A stretch of DNA of 64,000 nucleotides. Source: Lama glama. Its lineage: Eukaryota. The notes under the pieces were generated by a model, which saw only the letters and a program-made list of their open reading frames with translations, did no database searches and had not been told where the DNA came from. Location of the stretch: positions 40,302,001 to 40,366,000 of the forward strand of contig CM052816.1 in NCBI GenBank assembly GCA_028534125.1, given 5' to 3'. The translations under genes and the position numbers were made by a program. How positions within the stretch are numbered: the stretch's first letter is position 1; the number at the start of each line of letters is the position of its first letter. Below are positions 53,316-64,000 of the stretch, piece by piece.

Positions 53316-54236
53316 GTGATTGAGGTGACAGTGAACACGAATAAACAAGAAAATGTATAAATATGATTCCATGCTACTTTTTATATTGTAAAATTTCAGC
53401 AAATTAAACTAACCATTTTGAGGGCTTAGTTTGAAAGTTTAGTATTACTCAATAAATGAGGACAAGATTCATCCTTGGATAATTATAAACTAAAACTAAA
53501 GTCATTCTAAAATTTAATCCAGTAAACATCTATTGGGTATCATCTTTGTGCCAAGAAATATGCAAGCATCAGGAATACAAAATTAAGTACAGTTTAGTGA
53601 GATAAGCATACTGATTGAGCATGAATGTGAGATAGCCTGAATGCACAAGTAAAACATATTAGTTATTTAGACATGAAATCCTGAGATAAGTGTGTGATAC
53701 TTCCCTCTCTACATAACTGGGTGACTTATTTCATTTCTGCTTTCGTATTTTACTAGTTGAGGTCTTTCAATATATAATTGAATTGCTGCAGTAGGAAAGG
53801 GGAAGCATTTTTTTTACCATCAGGATCTAGTATATGTATTTTTCACTGAAACAATCATGCTCTCACTATTAAACTAAGATAAATAATATGTAGAATTTAT
53901 TGTTTGATCATGATTGCTTACCTAGCCAAATAAAAATGGGCAGAAATTTACTTGAGTGTAGATAATTTAACTTGCTCAGTTGCCCAAAAATAATATCTAT
54001 ATAGATTACTAATTATGAGACTTGCTTTCCTCATGAATTTTCTATACCTATAAACGTATATCTTTATCCAGCCTTTCCACAGTCTTTTATATGCCTTCTA
54101 TATAGTTGCCACCCTAGAGAACCCAACTACTCAGATATTGGGAGATGCCATTTTGTGATATTTTGTGTGTGCTATTTTGTCATAAAGAAAAAGGCAGCTA
54201 ATTTTATGTAAATGTTTTGGTTCTTGATATGTAAGA

Positions 54237-54870
54237 TGTAAGGGCAAATATAAATTTAAAATAAAGGTTTAATTCTCCCTGAGAAAATTAAGAGATATCC
54301 TACCCTCCCTTTCTCAGATATTTACTTTAGAAAACTTGTAATTGTAAAAAAACTTTATCGGTCTCTTTGAAATGTATGTAGACCTTTATAAAGGCTAAAT
54401 AAATCTCTTGTTAGTTTTGTAATTCTGGAATATCTTTCTGTAGGACTTGAGAACTATCTCTTTGAAATATGATCATCAGGGAAGATAGCACCTATATTTC
54501 CCAGTTTCCCTGGGAGCCCAACCATAGCCAAGATGCAAAATTACCTCTTGTTTTAAAGGTAAGAATTTAATTTGCCTTTGGGTAAATCTCACTGACTAAC
54601 ATGATAGGTCATCTCAATTACAGGAAAGTTTAGAATGAACTATGTGTGACAATGGTGCTGTGAAGTCCTCTTACTTCAACAATAGTTATTGTTTACTTTG
54701 AGAACATGTATAGAACAGGTTGTTTCTGCTTGGTGATGTAGAGTGAGGTTTCTTTCTGCCTTTGCAGTCTCTGTGGGTTACCTATAAGGCTTATCGTCTT
54801 CTGGCTTAATCCTTACTCAGAAATGAAATTGTGTTCTCTCGCTTCTACCTGAGGCCTTCTGATTTTTTTA
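54237..54870 (+). mobile_element. ERV1-class solo LTR (MER4-group, MER89/MER90-like)
   Basis: atttactttagaaaacttgtaattgtaa...ctctttgaaatgtatgta...gaagatagcacctatatttcccagttt; shares blocks with the LTR at 16253. Confidence 0.7.
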
Positions 54871-55479
54871 ACCCCCTCTATTAAGCCATTTGTTGTTTGA
54901 AATACTTGGAGTTATTTCTGTTTTCCTGACTGAACTCCCAACTGATACAGAGACTCTGAAAGAAAAGGAATCCAGAATTAATCCCCTCCTTTTACAGTCC
55001 TTTGGTGGTCCTGACTGAGTAAAGGAATCAAGAACCCCAAAGAGGGACTCACCAAAGGGAAGGAGAAATTTGGGTGATGATCCACACATAAATTCCAGGC
55101 TTGTCCATATGGGGAGAGTTTATTTGGGAATGTGTTAGGATGAAAAACTATCTGTCCCAGGCACTTGGGCACAATGCCTCTGCTTTACAATTAGTAGCTG
55201 GGCATGCAAATGAAGGTTACATGCAAGTTGTAACCTTGAAAACATGTAAGGTATCACTTCTCTTTGTGCAGATACTGGGTTCAGCGAGAGCCATTGCAGC
55301 ATTAAAAATAGATGGATCACAGACACAGAAAAGTCATCATCATCCAGGATCCTCCCAATCCTCCAACAGATCTACAAATAGACCTGCCTCTGCAGCCTGC
55401 TGCAGCCTTTCCTTCTTTTCCCTTATAATAGACTCTACCATTTAGGAAATCAGGAAAGGCTCAAATTATAGGAAACCAT

Positions 55480-55780
55480 TGTCATTGATTTCACTGCTCT
55501 CTGCACTAAAGCAGGTGATTCTTTGGAGATCACTGGGAAGCTGCTAGGAAACTTTGATGCTGAAGCCTTAGTAATTGCCAGCCATAGCCATGAGAATAGC
55601 TTTTGCTTTTTCTGTCCTTTGAAATTTACACTAGTTCCTCTCATTGGTAGTGTCCACCCTAAGACCATAATGACAGGAATTCTTGAAAATACAGTTCCCA
55701 GGCTTCTAGCTCCTATGATAAAAAGAGAACATAGAACGGGAAAAAAATGGGCTGGGTGGCCACACAATTCCACACAGTCC
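55480..55780 (-). mobile_element. LTR33-like ERVL LTR fragment
   Basis: Reverse complement contains cataggagctagaagcctgggaactgtattttcaagaattcc...accaatgagagg. Confidence 0.5.
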
Positions 55781-57900
55781 AGAACATTTCTCATCCAAAT
55801 TACCCATATCCTTTCCCAGAAAATAGTTCCCAGTTGACTACAGTAAGAGATGCTGAATATGTGTTCCCTTAGTAAGACAGTGCTGATTCAGGGGAGACCA
55901 TAGTAGAAACCTATCCCAGAAAGTTGAAGCTAGTTAAGCATTCAAGGGCTGGGTTGATTTGCCTCTAGCTGCCATTATCACGGCTCTCTTAGCAGTAGCC
56001 CCAAGGGCATAGCAAATTAGTATAGGAGTCATTTGTAGGGTTGCCATGGAGAAACTCAGTAATATTTCTATGCTTCTGCTAACTCCCACCAAGTTGTTTG
56101 AAAGCTAAAATAGAAGAAAAGGGAAGTACCACTTTCAGAGTATCACTAAACAGTTGCATTCAGAATAAGTTACACTTCTCTATCTGTAAAGGTAGCTCTG
56201 TTTCATGTAATAATTTAGTACAGACAATCTGTAAGAAAGTTCAAGATAAACATTTTATGATGAGATTGCTTTGAAGATTTTAACTTAAAGCAACCTTGTA
56301 AACTAACATTGGTAAAGAAAGTAGAAATTTATGAAAGTTTGAGCTAGATGCAAACACTAAAATCATGGGCTATTCACTCAGGTTATTATACTGAGTAGTC
56401 CAAAAGGAACCATTACAGTTAAACTTAGTAACAAGACTTTGGAAAAGCTGAGAATACTGTAATAAAATCAGTGAGTTTTATGAAACCATGGTCAACTGCT
56501 TCAACTTTATGAAATGTCAAGAATTTTTTATTTCTGGATTTAAATCTGAATGTCTTAGATATCCTGCCACTGACTTCTTCCACAAGAATATTGGCAAACA
56601 TATCAAACAACTATCTTGCTTTGTAGAAGCCTCATTTAATTTCTGTTTAGGGAAAAGTCCAGATTCTAAGAAGATATATAGAAGTCTAGATTCTAAGGTT
56701 CTAATGGTCATAACAGGACCATTAGATGTTTAAACTGAGACTCATGGAATAAGAAATGGAAAACTTAAAATATATTCTTTAGTTATAGGAGAAACTGAAA
56801 CTTAAAGGTCATGCTTGGCAGTGCTTGAATTTCAGTCTTAGTTAAATACACAGTTTAAGACATCTGAAATACAACATATACAGCTTTTAAGACATGGGAA
56901 TGGCAAAATAAAAGTCCCTGAATTTCTCACTTCTTTTTTTCTCACAGTTGAATAAAGTTTCCCTTTTTTAATACACTGCAGTCTAAGAAATGTGAAAATC
57001 TGGTTTTTAATGAAGCGTCATTTATAAACTTACCAAAGTTAAAAGTACCTTCTCGAAAACTGAGAATTTCTTTACTAGTTAATTGCTCTAACATCATCTC
57101 CCAGAGATTTTCTAATTTAAAATTGAGAGCAATATAGTCTGATATATGTATGATGTGATATGTATATATTATCATATGATAATATATAGATCATGCATAT
57201 GTATGCATTGCCATTGCCCATTCTATTTAAAACATTTAACAGTAGTAGTTACTATTTTAACTTAGTTGCTTTAGTAAAATATTTTAATTTTGTGCAAAAT
57301 GCATAAATCAAAAGGAAATGCATATTTTTTTCTCTCACATGATCATAAAAAGACAAGCTGTGTAACCCAGAAGAATATTTCTAGTTTCACCTAATGGCAG
57401 TACATACTTCTTCCAACAAATCTATGTAGAATTAAATGTTTTGACTGATAGGTTAGAAAATCTAAGTTAAAAAATTGAAATAAGATATTAAAGTTTGATA
57501 AGATAGTGGGGCTTAAAAGTTCTTTGCCAAGTGAAATGAACACAGTATTGAGAAGTATTTTAACATTTCATGGTTCAACAGAAGAGAGGAGGCTAATCTG
57601 GCTAGAGGAATGAGCTCTCACAGGAGAAGGTAGTGATTAAAGTACTCAGACATGTAAGGGCTTCCATATTGATCTTTTTTTTTTTCAAGTCTTTCTAGCA
57701 TTTGCTGTTTGTGTCCTTCACTTAGTACTTGTTTTATATTACCCACCAACTTATTTGTTATTTTACAAGAAATTTCTATTTAATTAAAATACTCTTATAT
57801 GCCATGAACTGTGTTTTATACTTGTCTGTAGTTCTCAGTTGTGCATGGCATATTGCGTATTATAGGCATGCAGTAAACATTGCATGGCATGGTTGATGTT

Positions 57901-57921
57901 GATGATGATGATGATGATGAT
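57901..57921. repeat. (GAT)7 microsatellite
   Basis: Read directly. Confidence 0.95.
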
Positions 57922-59134
57922 GTGGTGATTATGTTGAATAAATAGATTAAAATATGATTGTGGAATTGCTTGGATGCCAATATGATTTTTTTTACCTAAG
58001 GGCAGAAAAGACTAATGGAAGATTTAGTGATAAAGTCAAAATTTTAAGGAAGAATCTATAGTTGCAGGTATAATGAAATCAAGTATGATGGGGAAAAAAA
58101 ATCTGTGGACAGTAAATCCAGTTTAAAAATGTGGATTAGTTGTCTGAGGAAGAAGAAAATTAATAATTCAGGCTTTTTAGAAAGTTAAAAATGAATTAAT
58201 AAGAACTTGAACCTCACTGACATTGAAAATTAAGCAGTGAATAATGCGAATTGTGACTGCTAATGTGAAATCAGAGTGTTTATATGGCCAGAATCCCCAA
58301 ATCCCTAATATGTCAGTACTATTGTTACCTTTGCTATATTGCAAAGAATAGAGACTATGTGTGTACTACTGCCTCCTAACCACTAATGGCTATCTCACCT
58401 TTAAATGTAGTGTAATGGGTTGGAACATATGTGGTTTACAAATACATGTTCTTTTGTCGCGTCACCTTAATATCTAAGCTAGAGAGTGAAATGTGCTGAA
58501 CAAACTGCTCTACAGCACTTTTATACTAGACCTGCAGCCTTGGAATCTTAGCACATTCTGGCTAGGAGAGAGACAGAAGAGAATAGAGGTGGGGAAGAGA
58601 ATAGCTCCATGTCCCTACAGCCAATTGCCAAAACCAAAGATTCTGCTTGCTTCCTCTTTTGCCCCCAAATTCTTTCTGACTCTTTATGAATTTCAAGTGG
58701 ATCATCAACTCCTAGTTAGGAGGCATTATGAAGGTCAGTGCAATCACATCAGTCACTGAAGAGGAGAAAGAATCTCAAAAAGCATCAAACAGATAAAAGA
58801 GTCAAAGAGAAAAGAAAAGAGTAAGAATTTTTGCCATATTCAAACTCCATTTGCAGTCTTTTTACTCTTCATACTTTGCGTCTTATTATTGCATCTTAAC
58901 CGTATTTCTTTGGTGTCTCCATGTTGCCCTTTATAAGGCATAGAATGTGGCAATAGGAAAGGAATCAAAACCCTATGTTTTATGTAGTTTCTTAGTTCTT
59001 ATTCTCTCATATACAACCAACACAATTTTTGCAAATATTTGCACACTCCTTATACTATGTGCTACAATTTTTAAAATTAAGTGACTTTTAAAACTTTGGC
59101 AATTTTATTTCAAAAATTGATTTCATATCACTAA

Positions 59135-59629
59135 TGATGGGATTCAGGACATGCTACCCCCAAAGTATGACACCTGATCATATTGAGTATTTTAAGCTGA
59201 AGGAGTTTGAGAAAGCTGCAGAAGCAGAAAGGTCTCTTTATCTTTCCCCTGCCCTTCTCCCCTGAAACAGGTGATAGAACCCTCATATGACACATGCCCT
59301 TTGTATATCTAGAAGAAAGGAGCATCCTTATCTCTGAAGACAAAGGGATGGCAAAAAGAATTCAAACAGGTCTTGCTATGTTTCCCCCAGTTTGCTGCAC
59401 TTACTTCATACCCTCTGATCTATCATATTTTATTAAACATAGCATAAAAATATTTAGGTCTAACTGTTTCTTTGGGTCTTAATTTCTTTAGGTAGACTTC
59501 CATGTCACATAAAACTTATATTAAATAAATTTGCATTCTTTTCTTCTGTCAATATGTCTTTGTCAATTTAGCTTTCAGACCCAGTCAGGGACCCTGAGAA
59601 GGTCAAGGAAAACTTCTTCCTCCCCTATA
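59135..59629 (+). mobile_element. MER34-family ERV1 solo LTR
   Basis: tgatgggattcaggacatgctacccccaaagtatgacacc...ttttaagctgaagga...aaaacttatattaaataaattt...cctcccctata; 4-bp TSD ctaa/ctag. Confidence 0.8.
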
Positions 59630-60503
59630 CTAGCATAAAAAATACACTGATATTATTTAGCATGAAAAGAAGGGCAACCATAAAAATATCTAAACTAAAT
59701 AATATCTCAGTAATGACCTGAAATAAATTTGTGGATCACCAGAGGTACATGGACCACATTTTGGGAGCATGGCATTAGAGGCTAGAATTCATCATGAAAG
59801 AGTTTTAAAGGCAAAATTATCAAGGCATTTGGTGATTGATTCTAGGTAAGAAGGGCACAGTTGGCACAAGTAATAATTAACTCTAAGATGCGAGTAAACT
59901 TGTAACAATGGAAAAAATGAAAATATCAAGCATATCATTGAAGACTATAAACTGGTATTTGTGCAGATTGTAAGGAAGGAGATATAGATTTAGTATTCAT
60001 TGTCCTCTAGTTGATACTTGATAATCCAGGAAAGGATGTTCTAGTTCTCTTTCATGAAAAGGATAAAGAAAGAAACAAAATACAAGCATCTCATAATGTC
60101 ATATATGAATTCCTGTAAAATCTTACGTTTTGCAAAATTGTACACCACAATAAATTGGCCTACCTGAAAGATGAGACTGGTCAGACTTGTCAAACTGTTG
60201 GCAGCTTTGTAACCAGAGCTCTAACGTAAACAGAAAAATCCTAACTTTAACAAACACTGACAGATTTTTAAAAAGGCAAATTCCTAATACATTAATAAAT
60301 TGTACCATGAAACTAAGATTTAAAAAAAGGAAAAAAGCCTGATGGGAGGTGTACAGAGAAGAATGTAGAGTTACACAAACAGGAAGAAATTACAAAGATG
60401 GGGAGAAGTAGTTAATAAAGGCAAAGCAGGTGGCCAGACTGAGCCAAGACAAAGTACATGCGATGGTGAATGCTTCTCAGTGGCTGGCTGTGGCTGAGCC
60501 ACG

Positions 60504-61030
60504 TGTGGTAGGTGGAGTGATGGGCCCTTGGGGATGCCCATGTCTTAATCCCTGGAACCTATAGTTACATTACCTCACATGGCAAAGGGAAGTCCTTACG
60601 TGGAAAGATTTTGAGTTTGGGAGATCATCCTGGATTGTTTGGGTGGCCCCAATCTAATGACATGGGTGCTTAAAAGCAGAAAATATTTTCTGGTTGTGGT
60701 CAGAGGAACACCTGAATATGAAGAAAGATCAGAGAGATACAATGTTGCTGGTTTTGAAGATGGAGTAAGGGGACTCAGACAAGAAATGTGGGCAGCCTCT
60801 AGAAACTGGGAAGGACAAAGAAACAGATTCTTCTCTAGAGCCTCCAAAGGAAGAATACAGCTCTGCAGGCACTTTGATCTTAGCCCAGTGAGATGCAAGA
60901 TCCCTGTCCGACTATTACTGCCACTAGCACTGCTACTACTGCTACTATAGATCTGTAAGATGATAACGTTGTGTTGTTTTAAGCCACTAAGTTTGGTCAT
61001 TTATTAAAGCAGGAATAGAAAACTAATATA
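60504..61030 (+). mobile_element. MLT1D-like MaLR LTR
   Basis: tgtggtagg...ttaatccctggaacct...gggagatcatcctggatt...gctggttttgaagatgga...ttttaagccactaagtttg...aatagaaaactaatata; internal CTA/CTG expansion at ~60911-60948. Confidence 0.85.
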
Positions 61031-61349
61031 ACATGTCTATATTTTGCATTGTGTTTTCATATGATATTAGTGGTGCCACAAAATATTTACATGCTAGAAA
61101 AAGTCATACATCATCCAATGTAAATTTCATGTCATACTATCTTGATACTAGTTTAGATTAATAGCATAAAGAGTCATTTGCATTATAGAAACATGTAATA
61201 TAACAGAAGAGACTGCCCTTTAAACTGATCTTTGGCTCTCAGTTAAAAAGTAGCTAGAAAAAGTGAAGTAAGTATAAAAGGCAAGGCAAATGAAATGCAG
61301 AAGTAGAAGGAAATCAGCCAGAAAAGCTTGTGGGGTAAGGGTTTTATGA

Positions 61350-63650
61350 TAATATGAGTAGACAATTCTACTAATGTTGAGTGATCATGGAGAAATTTTT
61401 CAGGTATTTTTTCTTATCATTGGAATTGTCAGATAAAATACAGATTGTCCAGTTAAATTTGAATTTCAGATAAGTGATGAATAATTTTTGTTTCAGTATG
61501 TCTTATACAGCATTTGGAGCATATTTATACTAAAAAGTTATCCATTATTTATCTGAAATTCAAATCTGTATAGGTATCCTGTATTTTTATTTGCTTAATC
61601 TGGCAACCTTACTTGTTCTAAAAATTCATAAATCTAAGGCACTTTTTTTGTTAATGTATTTGAACTTGGAAGGAATGTTTCAGTTAAGGTATTTGATGTG
61701 TTTCACTGTATTTTTAAAATTCTCTGTAAATTTATGGTGTATTTTACAATATACGACATCTTAAAATCATGGTAGATGTAAACTTTTTTTGAAAAATGTC
61801 ACCTCTTTTTTAAATGTTCTATATGTTTGGCATTTATATCTAATTGGTTAATTGACTTTTATATTTAATTGTCTGATAGTGCATTTCTTTCTTTTTTTTT
61901 ATGAGCTGTTTCTGGCATAGTAAAATTTAATCCATGATAGTGGAAAACATTAAGCAAAAATTTCATCGTGTAATGTGTTATCATGTGAGGGTGAAACCAA
62001 TGTATTTAACTTATGTTTGTGTGAGGTGCCTGGTATTTGCAAATTAAATGAGCAGGTGAGCAGGTTCACATGTTCCTGTGTACAGTGTGTGGAAGCAGTA
62101 ATGATTCCAAAGGAAGCCTGATGCTGAAAGGCTTTTCTGTCATGACTGTATCTGACCTTCAATTTTCTAGTCACTTAACATCTTAAGTTTCCAAAGAATT
62201 TTACTCCAAAATTCTAAGTATTTGAATTTTTATCTTTTTGTTTTCTTATTTAAAGTTTTCATTTTTTCGTCTATACTTACTGCTTTTAGACTGTTAAATC
62301 TTTGTTCTACATGCTATATTTTGATTTAAATATGTTAGGGACTGTGTAGTTATTGAGCTGGTTAGGTTTTAATCAGTTCCTTTATTGTTTGGCAGACAGT
62401 CCCAATAAAATCAGAAAGAAGGTTATCACTGTTCCTTGGAATTTTCGTTTGCATTTATGCAGAAATTTTCTGGTCATAAAACTCTTCAAATAAACTAAAC
62501 TTTCTGGTATGTCTGAATAAATTTATAGTGGTTTGTAGCATAGACTTGTAAGTGACAGTAAATGCAGTAATGTATAGTGTGCCAGTAAATGTGCCAACAT
62601 GACACAATAGATGAAAAAACTTATTCCAAAATAATACACATGGGAGCTTTTCTTTTATGTAAATGACCAAAAGAGTCATCAACTGGCAGCCACAATTTGT
62701 CTTCAAAACTGAGGATTAAAATTAGTGCAACCTTCTAAAAAGGACTACCAAAAAAAAAATACTTAAATTAGCAAGATGATTGATTTTAACCAACTGTATA
62801 TGAAACTTATATGATCCATTCTGGCTATTTTTTTTTTTAAAGTTGAAAAACTTGCATATAATTCTGTGGCATTTCACTTGCATTCTTCTTTTTCCTTCTT
62901 CAAAATTTGTAGTTTTATTATTTTATAGTTTGTCATACTTTTCAGTTAAAAATGATGCATAAATAGTGTTTATTATTTTAAAAATTTTCTCCATAGTTAT
63001 CTTAGGAAATACTCATATAATATTTGACATTAAGTTGAACAACAATAATCCTCTTTGACTTATAAAAACAGTGATGGTGAAGTTCAGACTGAATTACCAA
63101 GGGCAAAATCTCCCAGAAAGTAAGAAGGATTAAAAATATCTCAGTTTGTGGCATTTTATTTGGTATTCTATTACTCTAAATTGCCCAGGGTTTCTTTTGG
63201 AAAAAAATTTTTTTAATCTTTTATTTCACGACCATCAATATCTGTGGGAGTTGCTGTACTAAATGGCAATGGCAAACATATTTAAAGGTTGAAAAATGGT
63301 GTTGAGTTTGTGTATTTTATATGTAGTGACAGTTTTTTTCAACAACAAGTCCCTTTATACTTATATCTTATAAATAGAGGTATTTGCTTCACAATCTAAG
63401 GTATTCTCTCAGGTCATATTTAAGGTAGCAAAGGATTCTAGCTATAAACAAGTACAGTTTTAAAATAGATGTTTTTCAGAGTTCACTTATAGTTTGGTTA
63501 GTTGCTACCAGGAATACATTTTCACGTGTACTTATTATTAGAAATCATGATTAGCTTCCAAGTAGAGTTTGAAAAAGAACTAAAGATATCAAATACAACT
63601 TGAACTATATTTTCAATGGTAAAATATTTTGGAATTATAATTTAGGATTT
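61350..63650 (-). mobile_element. Decayed hAT (Tip100/ZMYM1-like clade) transposase fossil
   Basis: Collinear degenerate motifs across frameshifts: KYT*KCI (63539-63513), KQIPLFIRY (63389-63363), FKIINTIYASF (62982-62950), VLFWNKFF...FEEFY (ORF 62455-62706), EQRFNSL (62307-62287), SKFKYI..CLR (61670-61633). Assigned by eye; edges approximate. Confidence 0.6.
61421..61611. mobile_element. MER53 palindromic hAT MITE
   Basis: ttgtcagataaaatacag...aaatttgaatttcagataa...ttatctgaaattcaaat...ctgtattttt...tctggcaacc; long self-complementary arms. Confidence 0.85.
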
Positions 63651-63757
63651 GTGTATCTGTTTATTTCCTTTGCTCTACCCTTTGCCACATATTACAAAAG
63701 GTTGTAACAAGAAGTGGTATCATCCATGAAAGAAAGTTTTCAAATCAAAAACTTCTA

Positions 63758-63803
63758 TTTGACACATTGTAAAATGATTATAAATCAATAAAAATGTTAA
63801 AAA
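63758..63803 (+). mobile_element. 46-bp L1 tail insertion
   Basis: tttgacacattgtaaaatgattataaatcaataaaaatgttaaaa flanked by perfect 11-bp TSD aaaaacttcta (63747-63757, 63804-63814). Confidence 0.85.
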
Positions 63804-63828
63804 AAAAACTTCTAGGTTTCATCTGGGG

Positions 63829-64000
63829 TTTATTTTTTTTTTGTATTTTTTAAAAGTGAAGTATAGTCAGTTACAATGTGTCAGTTTCTGGTGTACAGCA
63901 TAATGTCTCAGTCATGCATATATATTCATTTTCATATCCTTTTACAGGTTATTATAACATATTGAATATAGTTTCCTTTGCTATACAGAAGAAATTTGTT
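63829..64000 (-). mobile_element. Lineage-specific L1 3' end, running off the window
   Basis: Poly-T then gaagtatagtcagttacaatgtgtcagtttctggtgtacagcataatg...atattgaatatagtttcctttgctatacag; related to the 43979 copy. Confidence 0.85.

Noticed and set aside
16253..54870. Two related same-orientation ERV1 LTRs as ends of one provirus
   Set aside because: 38 kb apart, different 5' ends, no gag/pol/env seen between them; better explained as independent solo LTRs.
54868..55837. Cluster of 63-114 aa ORFs
   Set aside because: They overlap LTR-derived sequence on both strands, with no coherent protein similarity.
60596..61000. 134-aa and 103-aa ORFs with Ser and Leu runs
   Set aside because: Entirely inside an MLT1D LTR; the runs come from a small triplet expansion.

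Overview
Mammalian genomic DNA, AT-rich and dense in old interspersed repeats. Lineage-type L1 3' ends suggest an artiodactyl, possibly a camelid (inference; I saw no Alu, B1, Bov-tA, PRE1 or CanSINE). The only supportable gene is FAM174A on the minus strand: CpG-island promoter and exon 1 (CDS 15812-15370), a 12.1-kb intron 1, and exon 2 (3266-3132). The last exon was not located and probably lies off the left edge. The remaining ~48 kb upstream looks gene-free and is a mosaic of L1, L2, MIR, MaLR/ERV LTRs and hAT DNA-transposon fossils; repeat family names were assigned by eye from remembered consensus features and need RepeatMasker/Dfam confirmation. I found no convincing new biological system. 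The best leads are an in-frame uORF in the FAM174A leader, a possible intronic polyadenylation route encoding the same protein, an LTR abutting the promoter, a ~2.3-kb decayed hAT transposase, a three-level LTR nest, a twin-primed L1, ultra-short L1 insertions with clean TSDs and two recent tandem duplications.
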